DNA of 64,000 nt from Lytechinus pictus (Eukaryota): assembly GCF_037042905.1 (NCBI RefSeq), contig NC_087263.1, positions 11,410,001 through 11,474,000 on the forward strand. Direction: 5' to 3'. Numbering within the stretch: the stretch's first letter is position 1; every line of letters starts with the position of its first letter. Of the stretch, positions 1 through 13,200 are shown piece by piece. The notes under the pieces are model-generated. The model searched no databases and was not told where the DNA came from. It saw nothing but the letters and a program-made list of their open reading frames with translations. A program made the translations under genes and the position numbers.

Positions 1-1359
1 TTTACAAGCCTAACCAGCATTAATACATATGATCTGATTTAGTAACTGAAAACGAAAGAAAAGGTGGAGGAAAGATGGAGAAAGAACAGTATTTTACTAA
101 TGAGAGACAAAGGTCATTTAAGTTTATAATACTCTTATTATAATCAAGTTCGCAAGTACGATATTTTATAAAATTACATTCTCAAATATACCATAATTTG
201 AAAATGTTAAAGACCACGAAAATGTGTTCATGTAGGAATAGTCCTTGGTAGTTGTCCCTGCTACGGCATATTTTGGTAAATTGCACATTTTTATAAAAAG
301 AAATTGGGAACCAAATGGTGCAGTTAATTCGTGATATACATGCACATTTTGGACAAAATGCACATTTTGTTAACATAACTTAAAAACCAAATTTGACAAT
401 TATTATGAAGTAAAGGTGACTGTGGTCGCTGGCATAAGGTGGTCCAATTTTGCGAACAAAGTAAAAAGGGTAAAAGGCAGTTTTTTATAATATGTTATAG
501 GTATCACAGTTCTGTAGATAATGAAAGAGGTTTAAGTCACCAAAAATATTTTGTTTCTCAAAGTGGCTAATCAATAGCTAATTTTTACATAGACGTCATG
601 TAAAATGTGAATTTCCAAATGCGTAATTCTCAGATTGAACCTGCTGCACATGAAATGGTGTCAGAATTTAATGATACTTTGGATCATCCTAGTATTTTGC
701 CGTATAATCTTATAACATAAATACTTAAATCCATTTAAAACAAATAGTTATCTCCTATCATATGTACATTAATTACACTAATTTTATCGATGTTAGATTT
801 CACTTTTTTTTGCATGCCTATATATATATTGCATATATATGTTTAACGTCGAAAATTTGGAATTCAAAATAAACTGTTGGAACAAAGTACAATGCACTAC
901 CACTTTGCCTCATTAACACGCGGAACGTAATATCGTCTTATTGCATATATATATATATGTATAATATATATATATATATATAAGTGCGGGTGTGTGTGTG
1001 TAGGGGCTATATAATTGTGTAAGCGTTCGTTTGTATTTATTTGAAAAAGTTTGAATGAGCACAATGTTTTTTTTATTACGTATTGACGTAACCGTGTCTT
1101 GGACTAATTACGTATGAAAACAGTGATTCTGGCCTGAAAAGTATTAATTGTTTTTTTATCTCTCTCTACCTTAATTTTTCTACCTACCATTCCCCTTGCC
1201 TTCTCTTTCTCTATCCCTGTCTATATTTCTCTTTGTTTTTATTTCTCCCCTCACACTTTCCCTATCTCGCTCAGCTTTTCCTCTTAATCTCTTATCTACA
1301 TGTATCTATCTATCTACCACTCTCTTTCTCTTTACCTTACTCCCTCTTTTTCTACATAG

Positions 1360-4300
1360 GTCATCTACTTCGCAAGGAACCCTAAAGATGTAGCGGTCTC
1401 CTATTTCAAGTTTATCGGTGATACATTACCAGCTGAGATGGGCGGATGGAAGGGGTATCTCCCTTACTTTCTTTCTGACAAAAGTATGAGCATGATGATT
1501 ATCGAAAATTATGTATCTTCCAATTAAAACAGATCTTAAATGTATCAAAGAATAAATTAACCACCCGCATTGCAACTATGCTAGGGCCATACTTGGACGG
1601 CACAAGGGACATTTGGATAGCGTGTGTATAAAGTGAATGTAGATCTTATATATAGTGATAATTATATGAAGTAGCGTGATGAGCCCCAAAATTGAGGGGG
1701 CCAGATATGGCGTATCAGGCAAAATTATAAAAGTTTTGAGCTAGCGAATTGAGCGAGCAAACATTTTAATTAGAAAAAAAAATAGAAATATTACATTCAT
1801 TGCATATTGAAAAAAATATCCAGAGATCCTTACAAGCTAGACTGGTAGATATAAAAGTCTATTAGTAAATCACTTTTTGTTTAAATGAATTAATTTACTC
1901 CAGAAACAGCGAAGCTGTGTCATATAGACCTGGAATGTGTCAAAATAGTAAATTTTTTTTAAAACACATGAAATAAAAAAATTGTGGTGCTTTTTGTCTT
2001 GTGCTGGAAAGAATATAGTTTCCCATGACATGTTGAAGAAACAATGATGAAATATAACACAATGAGCATAACATGAGTTTAAAATTGTATATGCGTTTTC
2101 TATGGTAGGGCAGAAATACTTTTTCAACTGTTTAATCACTTGTAGTTAGTAATAAAGGCCCAAATCAAAGTGAGATGGTTGTTCGCATATTTTTTGTTTT
2201 ATTTCTGTTTTATATATTTTTATTATTTTTTATAGTGATTTCTGGTGGCTGGTTTCGCCATGTTAAGGGTTGGTGGGCTCTCCGTAACCAGCCAAATATC
2301 CTTTGGTGTAAATACGAAGACTTCCATAAGGTAACTAACATTTGTATCACGTTATACCCCTCCGATTCTTAGAGGGGAGTGAAACTGAGTGATGTCTCTC
2401 ATTGACTGTGTGTTATAAATGGATAGCATTATAAAATTAATATACCTATTTAGATAGCTATCAAAAATATTGGATAAATCAGCCTATAGTTTTATTTTAA
2501 TAGATAGACTAAAATGTTTTTTCAGAGGAAAGGTACCTGTTTTGTTTCTTGATAACATCATTATTAATGTATAGATGCACTGAGCAGTGAAATGTATTAC
2601 CATTCGGTTTTCAGTTAAAGTTTTTATTTGTTCTCATTTCCAACAGAAATACAAGTCGTGCATAGATCAATAAATTTGACAATTAAAGTAAAACAATGCA
2701 TGCAATATACAAGTACACATACAATTCATAACTTTGATTTTATAAGTATATTATATTTAAAAAAATCTATATCGATATATTAGCAATGTTACCCTGGAAA
2801 AGGAAAAGTGCATGGGCCTATTCAAGCAGACTACAATGTGTGTGTGTGTGTATTTGAGTTTTGTCAGACGTGTATCAATCAGATATGATTATTTACGTCT
2901 GGGACCGACCTTTAACGTCACCATCCGAAAGACGTGACCAGGGCTCGAACCTCTGCATCAATTTGTAACTTCCTCACAGCTTGGATTACAGGCGCACGCC
3001 ACAACGCCCAATGTTCAGAATGTTGCATTATATTTGGGTAATGGATCCGACCAGATATGCGTAGTTGAGGTTTTGAGGTAGGGCTGCGGTTTCGTTTGCC
3101 CTTTAAATTGATACTTGCGGGTGAGGAGAGGCTGAGGGTGAAATTGAGGATTTGTTGTAAAAATAGTAGCTGTAGCAACACTTCTATCAAGGCTCCTGCT
3201 ATTGGTACTGTTTGTTGTTTTCAAGTCCAGGGGGTGTTTCACAAAGATTTAAGTATGTCCAAGGGGGTGTTGCAAAAAAATATTTGCGATCAATTGCAAA
3301 TATTCTGTTGCAATTTTACAACTGATAGATCAACGTTAGCTGTAGCAAATCCGATTAAACTTCTTGTTTCAAGGATCAGATTAGCAATCAATTACTAATT
3401 TTCGATTAACTACAAGACATGTGATTAATTTAGGACCAAAAAAGACTTGTAATTGATCGCAAGTTTCTTGCAACACCCCACTAGAGTCGCACTTAGATTA
3501 TGCCACGAGGACGCGCACTACCGCACATTGATCAATAAGATTTCGCTTTGCATATCATGTACGCGTCGGCATTTATGTGCGACTCTAACACATGCTTCAA
3601 TCTTTGTGAAAGAAGTCCCCAGTCATCTTAACGATGACGGCTGTGATAATAGGTAATAAATAACAATAAGGTTATCGGTGATAATAATACAAGGGGTCGC
3701 GGAACCAGAGTTGGGAGGGGGGTGGGAGGTTTCGGACCTCACTCTTCCAGGTTTAAATGTACATAAACGCGAATGAAACCAAAGTGTAATTTTTGTACCG
3801 CCCAACCTATTTAATAATATATAAAAGCATAATAAAAGCATGATAATAGTGATACAAACAATAATTATATAACTAAAATGCTTAAAAATAATTGCAAAGA
3901 TGATGATAATCTTATTATTATTAATAATGACATTAATAATAATGGTAATAATAATAACTCTACCGGAAGACCACAGTAAAAATGTGAAATCACCTCCACA
4001 CTGCTCAATTTGAGCATTTCAACAGTGTGAATCAAATATTCCCATCGTCGACCATGTGAACACGCTGTAAACAGTCACACTGTCGAGGTGTGCAAAGTTT
4101 TAAAATATCTCCACACTGTTGAATTTGAGCATTTTGACAGTGTGAATAGTATTTTCACACAGTCCACTATGTGAACACAGTGTGAACACACTTTCCAACA
4201 GGGAATAATAATATTGATAACAATGATGATAACAATTGAGAAGAAATATAATATCGAAATACTTAACGCATGTACTATCATATCCTAGGACCTGAGAGGC

Positions 4301-5507
4301 AATATCAAAAGGGTGGCAGAATTCTTAGAGCGCCCTCTTTCGGATGAAAAGTTGGACAAGCTCGTTGAGCTGACTGAAATGAAAGGCATGCGGAAAACTT
4401 ACCAAGATATCGAGGATACAATGGGAGACACGGGCAAGGCGATTACTCAACTTTTTGGGCATCTGCCTTACCTCCGAAAAGGTAAGCTGTATTCAGTTCT
4501 AAATAACCAAAGGTTCACGAATGTAGCTCGAGCAGTTCACTTGTGTGACCAGGGGGGTGTTCATCAAAGTTGTCAGCACTGACTAAATGGTCAGTGCTGA
4601 CTATTTCAGTGAAATCCTTGGTTTTGATTGGATAAGAAGCACTGGCTTCTGACTGTTGCTATGGTAACTGTCGGAGAAAGACAACCTGTCAGTGCTGACA
4701 ACTTTTATGAAACGGACCCCCGGTAACTTCCGGTAGTTTTATGGTAGGAATGATCTACAGTAGATGGGATAAAACAAGTAGCGGTATGAAAACGGGTGCG
4801 CGACTACGGATTAGACTGGCGCTAGCTACGGCGGTACGAGTAGACCGGAAGTTATAAGGTCACACATCACTGAACGAGAAATAAAATTCATAGTTCAGTG
4901 CACAAAGTGAATAACAAATGCAGTGTTGTAGTGCCTTGACTTTCAGCCTTGGCCTTGCGGATTATGAGCCTTGACATTTTAAGGCATTTTCAAGGCAAGG
5001 CTTTCTGACAATATTTGTCATACATTTAAAATGCCAAATAATGAAAGCAATGATTATTACTACTACTATTAGGATACAATAGACAATTACTGCATAAACT
5101 TGAAGATGATTTTGATGCTTTTCTTTTTTTTTTAGAAAGCAAGAAATTTTATCTAAGTCTAAACGATACGTTGTGAAAAAAATAACACACTTGAAAATAG
5201 ATTTTCCAAAATTTTGTAAAATTCAAAAATTTCATGTCGATAGCGTGACGAACCAAACAATTTGAGGGGGGGGGCAAATATTTCGTATGGATCAATATTT
5301 CTAAAAGAATAAAGTTGCAAGCGATTTTTTTAATCGACATTTACTCAACTAAGTTCAGACTGAATTTGCATTTTCATCCTCCTTTTCGATGCAGGCAAGG
5401 TGGGCGATTGGAAGAATGAGTTTACGGTAGCTGAAAATGAGTATTTTGACGATGTTTACCACAAGAATATGGACAACACTGGTATCGAAGTCCAGTTTGA
5501 GTTGTAA
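1360..5507 (+). CDS. Cytosolic sulfotransferase (Sulfotransfer_1, SULT1-like), 3' part. Exons 1360-1483, 2236-2330, 4289-4481, 5395-5507; the 5' exons were not found in the window
   Basis: Spliced translation VIYFARNPKDVAVSYFKF...LSDK/MISGGWFRHVKGWW...KYEDFHK/DLRGNIKRVAEFLERPLS...PYLRK/GKVGDWKNEFTVAENEYFD...QFEL*. Contains the 3'-PB motif RNPKDxxVS, YED, the RKGxxGDWK PAPS motif and the FTVAEN dimer-like motif. All introns are GT-AG with matching phases (1,0,1). Confidence 0.95.
2837..3010 (-). mobile_element. Short SINE with a 7SL/Alu-like head, a B-box and a (CA)n tail
   Basis: The minus strand starts GGGCGTTGTGGCGTGCGCCTGTAATCCAAGCT, then GGTTCGAGCCC, then GTCTTTCGGATGGTGACGTTAAAGGTCGGTCCC, and ends in (CA)n. 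A possible CAATGT target duplication flanks it. Confidence 0.7.
4552..4721. mobile_element. Small MITE-like repeat; relatives at ~32212-32369 and ~51317-51478
   Basis: Imperfect inverted ends GGGGG.GTTTCATCAA / TTTCATGAAAC..CCCC and a shared core GATTGGCTGAG...CTATGGTAACTGTC. Confidence 0.6.
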
Positions 5508-5632
5508 GCAGGGATGTACGCGAGGCCGGCTTCGAGGCCGCACTTTGCCGGCCTTGCTGGGCCTCTACCCGCGTCACGTGAACAAAGACAATGGGAGGTT
5601 TTCTCCAGCGGCATCGGGATCCGGAGGGAACG

Positions 5633-5897
5633 GGGCCCCGTCTTAAAAAATAATTGCGATAGATCCATCAACCACAACTATGGAAAGCCAGCAACGTCAA
5701 CATCTAAACTGCATGTTTCTTCAAAAAAAAATTCAGATGTGATGTATATTCAAACATTCCTTGTTTTCTTGAAAATTCAATGTGCTTCCCTTTATTAACA
5801 AATTGTGCAAATTTCCTGTAGTAGAAATTATGACATTGATGGACTTCCATACAGCTCAGGTTGATCGGATCAATCGTAACTCTTTGTAAGACGGGGC
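5633..5897. mobile_element. MITE with GGGGCCCCGTCTTACAAA termini; opposite-orientation copy at ~8643-8909, fragment at ~29670-29899
   Basis: Inverted termini ggggccccgtctta...taagacggggc and shared internal sequence between copies. Confidence 0.65.
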
Positions 5898-6731
5898 TAT
5901 GGTCTCTATTGAATCCCTGGTTGTATAAGCATGAACTGCTTCACACTGCGATGAAATTGAAATCATTTCTATTTCATCTTATATTATTATGATTTATTTT
6001 ATTTTATCTTTTCTAATTTCATTTTATTTCATTTATTTTATTTTATCTTTTCTTACTTTATTTTATTTAATTTCCTTATGTTTTATTTTATTTTACGTCA
6101 TTTTATTTTATTCTATTTTACTTTATTTTATGTCATTTTTGTTTGTTCATATTAGGGTTGATGAAAACTATTTTCCATATTAACTGTCTCGTCCGGGTTT
6201 TTTGTTTGTTTGGGGGGTCTTGTGTTTATTAAGAGACTTTGTCAATGTAAAGAACAATTGACTTGCGATCGTCTAACTTGCATTTATTTCCCTTTCTTTA
6301 AATTAGGTATACAATTATGTCAGATAGGGAAGGGTCTAAGTTGAAAAAAGTTCAGCTTGAGTTGTAAGAATATATTGTAATGATAATAATAGCAATAATC
6401 ATCGCTATTCGATCATGAAAGTTCATCTGTGTTGGTTGAAAATAAGAGAAAGCTTAACTTCCCCTAATCTTAACACAAAAAACCCGAATATTTTTTTTCT
6501 CTGTGTTGAGATCAAAAGTTTATATTTTTCTTAATCACCGCTTTTTTACTACTGTTACTATTATTGTTATTATTTTTACAATTATTATTATTATTATCAT
6601 TAGCATTATCATCACAAATTTATAAGTTCATACATTGTTTGGAAATGTGCTTTCCACCAGCATTACATAGCATAAATAAAACAAAATATAGAGGATGTGA
6701 GAATACAAAAAAATGGCTATGGTATGTGTAA

Positions 6732-8334
6732 AGGCCACCGCACACCTTACGACTGTTCGCGATCCGATTTTGGAGCAAATCGCATTTTGCTCATTTTCTG
6801 AAAATGTGAATGGAACATATAATTTTATTTGAGGTTAAAATTAATTGAAAGAATACTAATATAACAATTTTGCAAGATTGTAAGCCTTTATTTTGGAGTA
6901 AAGGCCAAATTTGTTTCAAATCGTAGCCAATCGTACGACTGCTATGACGTCATTACGACTAGATATTAAATGTTCTTTTATTCTAAGAAGGATGATAGCA
7001 TAGTCACAGATTTGAACATAGGTATTCGTACGATGATTTCGAACATTACACAGTAAAGCCCCTTTCACAATTGACGTACGACCATTTGCGACCTTTTGGT
7101 CGTGCGACAGGCTGCAACAGGCATCAATCGCTAGTCATCTCATAAGATCGCACAGAGGCTTTCACAGTTGCAACAGCTGTCGTACAACAAAACAACCAGT
7201 AAACCCCGATGCACGAGTAAGTCGCATATACTCTTATTGTGCTCGTGCGATCACATGCGAGTGTTGCACGAGGGATTGCGAGTGGAACGGTCGCATACAT
7301 GCGAATGAAACGGTAGTGCAATGTTGTAAGCCGTTGCGATCGGTCTTGCAACAGTCTTATGGCCCATATTATTATCGCAACCAGTCGCAAGACAGGTCTC
7401 TGTACATGTAGGTCGCTTGCACATGTGCAAGTGTTGCACGACCTCCAGTCAAGTAAATGCGACTACTTAGTTGTGCCACCTCTCGCACCAAGTCGTACAA
7501 CGTTGAAAGACACTCGCACGATGATCGCCCGACCGATGGTACGACCCCGGGTACGGTCTGATGCGAGTGAATCGATCGTATTTGATCGCGTTCGGATTTT
7601 GAACATGTTCAAAGTTCAGATGTGACCAGTCACGACCACCTCGAGTTCGTGCGACCGTCTACAACGACTGCGAGTGCTCGCAAGACACCAAGAGATCGAT
7701 CGTGCAACAACAAGAAAAAACTGTTGCAGGCAGTCGTAAACTGGTCGGACGTCAATTGTGAAAGGGGCTGAACGGTCGCATACATGCGAATGCAACGGTA
7801 GTGGAATGTAGTAAGCCGTAATTTCGATCGGTCTTGCAACAGTCTCATATTATCGCACCCAGTCGCAAGACTGGTCTCTGTAGGTCTCCAGCACATGTGC
7901 AAGTGTTGTACGACCTCCAGTCGACTAAATGCGACTATACTTAGTTGTGCCACCTCTCGCACCAAGTCGTACAACGTTGAACAACACTCACACGATGATC
8001 GCCCGACCGATGGTACGACCTGTTGCGAGTGAATCAATCGTATTTGATCGCGTTTGGATTTTGAACATGTTCAAAGTTCAGATGCGACCAGTCACGATCA
8101 CCTCCGACCACCTCGAGTTTGTGCGATCGTCTACAACGACTGCGAGTGCTCGCAAGACACCATAGGATCGATCGTGCAACAACAAGAAAAAACTGTTGCA
8201 GGTGGTCGTAAACAGGTCGTACGTCAATTGTGAAAGGGGCTTAAGATATTCCAAGTCTCAATATTAGAATCAAATTCTACTACGTTTTATTCCAAAATCG
8301 AGTCGCAGACCAATCGTAAGGTGTGCGGTCGCCT
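6732..8334. mobile_element. PIF/Harbinger-type MITE (~420 bp host) interrupted by the 7057-8241 element
   Basis: TIR AGGC(C/G)ACCGCACACCTTACGA with TAA on both sides. An uninterrupted sister copy lies at 30025-30459. Confidence 0.85.
7057..8241 (+). mobile_element. 1185-bp PIF/Harbinger-type non-autonomous element with an internal duplication
   Basis: TIR AGCCCCTTTCACAATTGACGTACGACC. The TAA target duplication is demonstrated by the empty site CAGTAAGATATTCC in the 30025 copy. An extra internal right TIR lies at ~7743-7769. Confidence 0.9.
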
Positions 8335-10255
8335 TAACAGAAAAACAAACAAGAAAATCTTCACCAGAAGCCAAGGCGTTTATGTTGAAAGAGAATTCTC
8401 ATTTATAAAACAAAATATATGTATGTCATAGTTTTATCATTATTGTTACGTTGCTAAGAAGTTTCGTGATAATTACTGAAACGTCAGATCAGTTGATTTG
8501 ATCGTACGTCTAAGAGGCATAACCTAAGTAAATGTTTGAAGTCCAATTCTGTTTCTAAGTTGCAATTATCATTTCCATTTATTCATATTGGCCATACATT
8601 TACATGAGATATGGGAATGTGTAAATTCATGGGAAAATCCGAGGGCCCCGTCTTACAAATAGTTACAAGTGATCAAATCAACCTCAATTCTATGGAAATC
8701 CATCATTGTCATAACATTTTCTACAAGGAATTTGAGCAATGTATTTTGTAAACAAAGCGAAACACACTGATTTTTTAAGAAAACAATTAATGTATGAATT
8801 TATTTTTTTTTTAATAATAATTTGTACGAACATGCATAATAGATATTGACGTTGCTGGCTTTCCATAGTTGTTGATTGGATCAATCACATGTCTTCGTAA
8901 GACGGGGCCCTGATCTGTCACTGTACGTGGCCCGTTAGAGCATCTCAACAAAGAACCGGCCGTTTTGTGTTGTGGGTTTTTTGTCTTGTTGTTTTGTTTC
9001 AAAAGTCGTGGTCTAAGGAAAGCGCGGTCAAAACAATATATTGGCTGACGTTTTGGTCAAATAGCATTATAATAATAAACACTTATTTTCATACGTTGAC
9101 AAACTGTTTTATCTATTTTATATGCATGTATATATATATATATAAACTGTGCCCTTGCATCGAGGTCTTTCGGAGATCTGGACTAATACTATACCAAGTG
9201 GATATGATATTATTCACAAAGTCAAAAGATCTTCTAGGTGGTACTGAAAGAACCATAAATATATAAGTCGTTTTCCTGCAGATTCATGAGATTCGCTGTT
9301 CGTGCCGGGGCAAGAATCTGGATATTTTTTGTATCGCTCTTTTTAATTTTCTTTTTCTTTTCATTAAAAAAACCCCATACATTTAACTGGAATTGTGTGT
9401 AGATACTCCGAGTGCTGTCCGCAAGGGCACCTTACCCCGACTGGCTAGTTGTGACAGCCAGGTACTCCTGAAAAAAACCATGGGTATCTTGGTCGGAGGA
9501 CGGTCGAAGTAACTCTGTCCACAAGGACACTGCTTCGACCTTTCCTCATACCTTACTACAACTGGGCATTCTGCGACCTTCCTCTGACTTTACTCCGACC
9601 AAAACAGCCTACGTCTTGGTCTTAACAAGATCTTTGGAAGTTTAATCCATGCATAATAACATTTTACTCAGATTAGGAACCCACATGTGAACGAGACCTA
9701 AGACGTAGGACATAACTAAATGTTTTTAAAGGGCACGTCCATCCCGAAAAAACGTGTATTTGAATAAAAAAAAGAAAGAATTTGAATTAATTCAGCGCCG
9801 AAATTTCATTAAGTCTCATGTAAAATTTGAAACGATTGACATTTCAAAATTTCCCTTTACTCACTATTTTTGTTATGACCTATTATATGAAATATAAACT
9901 ATTTTCTATCTTCTCATTATAAAGTGAAATAAAATTTCCCCCTCTCAACATGCAGCTTTGTGGATGTGCTGCTCAATTGTGGTTTGATAAAGAGTCCCCT
10001 TCTTGTCAGATTTGCTAAATTTGAAATACTTCATAATCCATAGAATAAAATACAAAAGAGAAATGGAATGACTTCATCGATCCTTTCTTCTGCATATCTA
10101 ATTCGTATGATGTGAATAGTCTGTTTTGAAATATGAGCGAAATTTTAAAATGTCTGTCGTATTCCACATCCGATTTCGATGACGGTTTACGCGTTATGCT
10201 TGTTTGATCTTTCTTAATGAATTTAAATCCTATGTTGTTGGGATGGACATTCCCG

Positions 10256-13200
10256 TTAACAACTACCAATATTCAAATTGACGATTCCCAAGTTGTGGAG
10301 TTGAACGAGAATGGCGAATTCCTCATTCATGGAATGGATCTTCGATGCATGCTTCAGTTTGTCAAAGTAGTGATAGCGTATGTCGGTCTTTTGATTTCCG
10401 AATCGAGAAAAAAATGGCCAGAATCCATAAAGATCCACCTCATCACAGATTTGTATAGCCATTGAAACGAAGTAGAAACCTGTAAATGCAAAAGGGATTT
10501 AAAAAAATCAAGAGGAGTCCGTGTGTAGGATCTTATTCAAAACCGGATAACTCTTTTGGTTAAAGTCCATGTACAGGTGTACATTGTATACCTTATTATT
10601 CTGTAGTCATGGTAGGTTGCCTGGCATTGCAATAGGCATGTGTTATAACCATAGTAACTTGACTGTAGGAATTATAGTTTGCCTGGCATTTCAGCAGGCT
10701 GGATTGTCACAATAAGTAGACAATATGTTAGCAGGAGTGTCGCACTGCAGACTCTTTATGTTACATATTTCTGTTTTTTGTGCAGATATAAGAAAAGCTT
10801 AGCCAGCTCACTCTGACAATGGAGGTAAAAAGAATGGAGGGACAACGATATGCAGATAGCTTCCAATTTCTAAAGAAGTACAAAAGAAATACACAGGTGC
10901 TATATAACCTTTGGTGGCGACCTGTGATGCCACCAGTTTCATGGAAAAAATGAAAAATGATTTGTGGCGAAAAAATATAGCTGGGATATTTCCATTTAGA
11001 TTTGAGCACAAACATAGATATTGAACACATGACGAAATATATATCAAAGGTGTATTGTGTCCTTATATAGGGCGAAATATTGACTGATAACAGTTTCAAA
11101 ATGTGATAAAACTGGATAGTTTGACATTTTTTAAATCAACATTTTACAAAATCCTATACACTTCCATACTTTAAAACGTTGTGATTAGTTTGTTCGAATG
11201 TATCAATTTGTGATGCTATGTGTCAGAACTGCGGCCAATCGAGTAATTTCAAATCATATTACAAGAAATATTGCAACATTCATTTTTGCTGTCCCCTGTA
11301 AAAGTGAGCAATGTGTCTGTTCATATTATCCGACCAGAAGCAGCGTAAACTAATTATCATTATAAAAGCATGTTTCCTTTTGTAATGCGCGCGAGAAATA
11401 TGCAATGAAACACATGCGTAACATGTCTTATCATTGCGGCATCAAAGTGGTTATAAAGGGAAATTGTTGGATGGTTCTCCATGTCTTAAAACTACTTGCT
11501 CTGACTTTTGATTTTGGAGAACTTCTCTCATTGGGTGTGTTTTCATAACCAAGGAAAAGGGTGTATACCGCTCCACCAGCTAGTGCAGGCAGGTTCCTCT
11601 CTTATCAATGCCGAATTGTAAGTTATGTTTATATTATATTTTTGTAATTTGCTTGTGCCATTCGTTTGCTTTATAGCAGGTCTGTTTCCAAGAGGAAAGA
11701 TGTACTTGTAGTCTGCTCCTTTTGTCACCAAATGACATGTATTTCCTATTTTATCTCCATTCCTCAAAATGATATAGCCCGGGGGGGGGGGGCCACTTCC
11801 ATTGACGAGTGGATACCATGGGCGACCACGGGGTCTTGAAAAGCACCCTAAACACGTATTTTCCATATTCTGAAAATGCACCCCTTAACAAGTATTGGCG
11901 TGTGAAACCCTACCCTTAACAAGTATTGGAAACAAATACTATTGGCAAGTATTCCCAGAACTGAGCCCCTAAACAAGTACAGCGATGTATTTTCCATATT
12001 CTGAAAATGCACCCCTTAACAATTATTGGAAACAAAACGATACTCTTAGCAAGTATTCCCTGAAATGAAGCCCTAAACAAGTACAGATATATTTTATTGT
12101 TATGTCACGCGTCCGTCGGTCGTCGGTTTTACCTTTAGACACCATTATTTTGGTTTAGTACGGCCCCACCTTCCACACCTCGCGCAAATCGGACTCTAAA
12201 CACATATAGTGTTGGGGCAAAAAGGACATCCTTTATAAAACATTTTGATTTTGTTTTATCATCCCCGCATATTTAACCCTAAACAATACAAGTTGAATTT
12301 TGCTGTTCAAGAAGAAAGTTAAAAAATCTTTCTGTATCATTTACACAAAGCTTTGTTTTACAAATTATGAATACTTTTATGCGATACCACGGGTGAAAGA
12401 AAATTGTTCTGAAGGTCTGTTATATTGATGGTATTAGACGGGTCAATATATGGTTTGACCCGGAACAAATTGCAACAAATGATTTTTCAACTGTTTCTGG
12501 CAGTATTTGACCTCAGGAATAACATACTAAGAATCTATCAAAATTCGCAAACGGGAAAGTAGTTATTTTCAAGATGGCCACCATTCACTGAAAATTGATA
12601 TAACTGATTCATTATCCACCCGAAAATCCTAATTCAGTTCATATTCCATGGTCGAGTGGGTAAACAAATTTATTGATACAAGTCAGAGTGTATATTAGCG
12701 CTCCGAGGTACCAGGAAAATCCAAGATGGCGCCCAAAATGGCTGCCGTAGGCAAAAAAATCCACAGTTCATCTATTACTTAGGTGGCTTTAATTTGGTTT
12801 CTATTCAATGGTTTGAGTGGTGAAGTAGTACATAGGGACAGGTTACAAGGACAGCCAGTGGTTGGGTGTGTCAAAAAATCCACGATGGCTTCCAAAAATT
12901 GAGTTTAAAATGGCTGTCAATACTTAAATGGACAAAGCTCATATCATATCCACCTGGGAGATATGATTTTGGTGTCTATACTATGGTTTCAATGGTCAAA
13001 TAATACATTGGGACAAGTTACAAGGACAGTCAGTGGTCCAGTATGTTAAAAAATCCAAGATGGCTCCCCAAAATGGAGTAAAAAAATGTTGTGGCTACTT
13101 AAAAAACCATAAAACCAAAAAAAAACATAGTTTTTTTCAATATCCAGGAATATGATTGTTGTGCCTATACCATGGTTAAATGGGTCAAATAATACATTGG

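Noticed and set aside
7124..8165. ORFs recurring at ~7, 36 and 40 kb (e.g. [21 protein letters not shown])
   Set aside because: They recur only because the MITE is repeated; they have no transposase motifs and their stop positions vary between copies.
1360..10479. Functional pairing of the sulfotransferase and sialyltransferase for sulfated sialic acid
   Set aside because: The sulfotransferase motifs are of the cytosolic small-molecule type rather than a Golgi enzyme; adjacency alone is no evidence.
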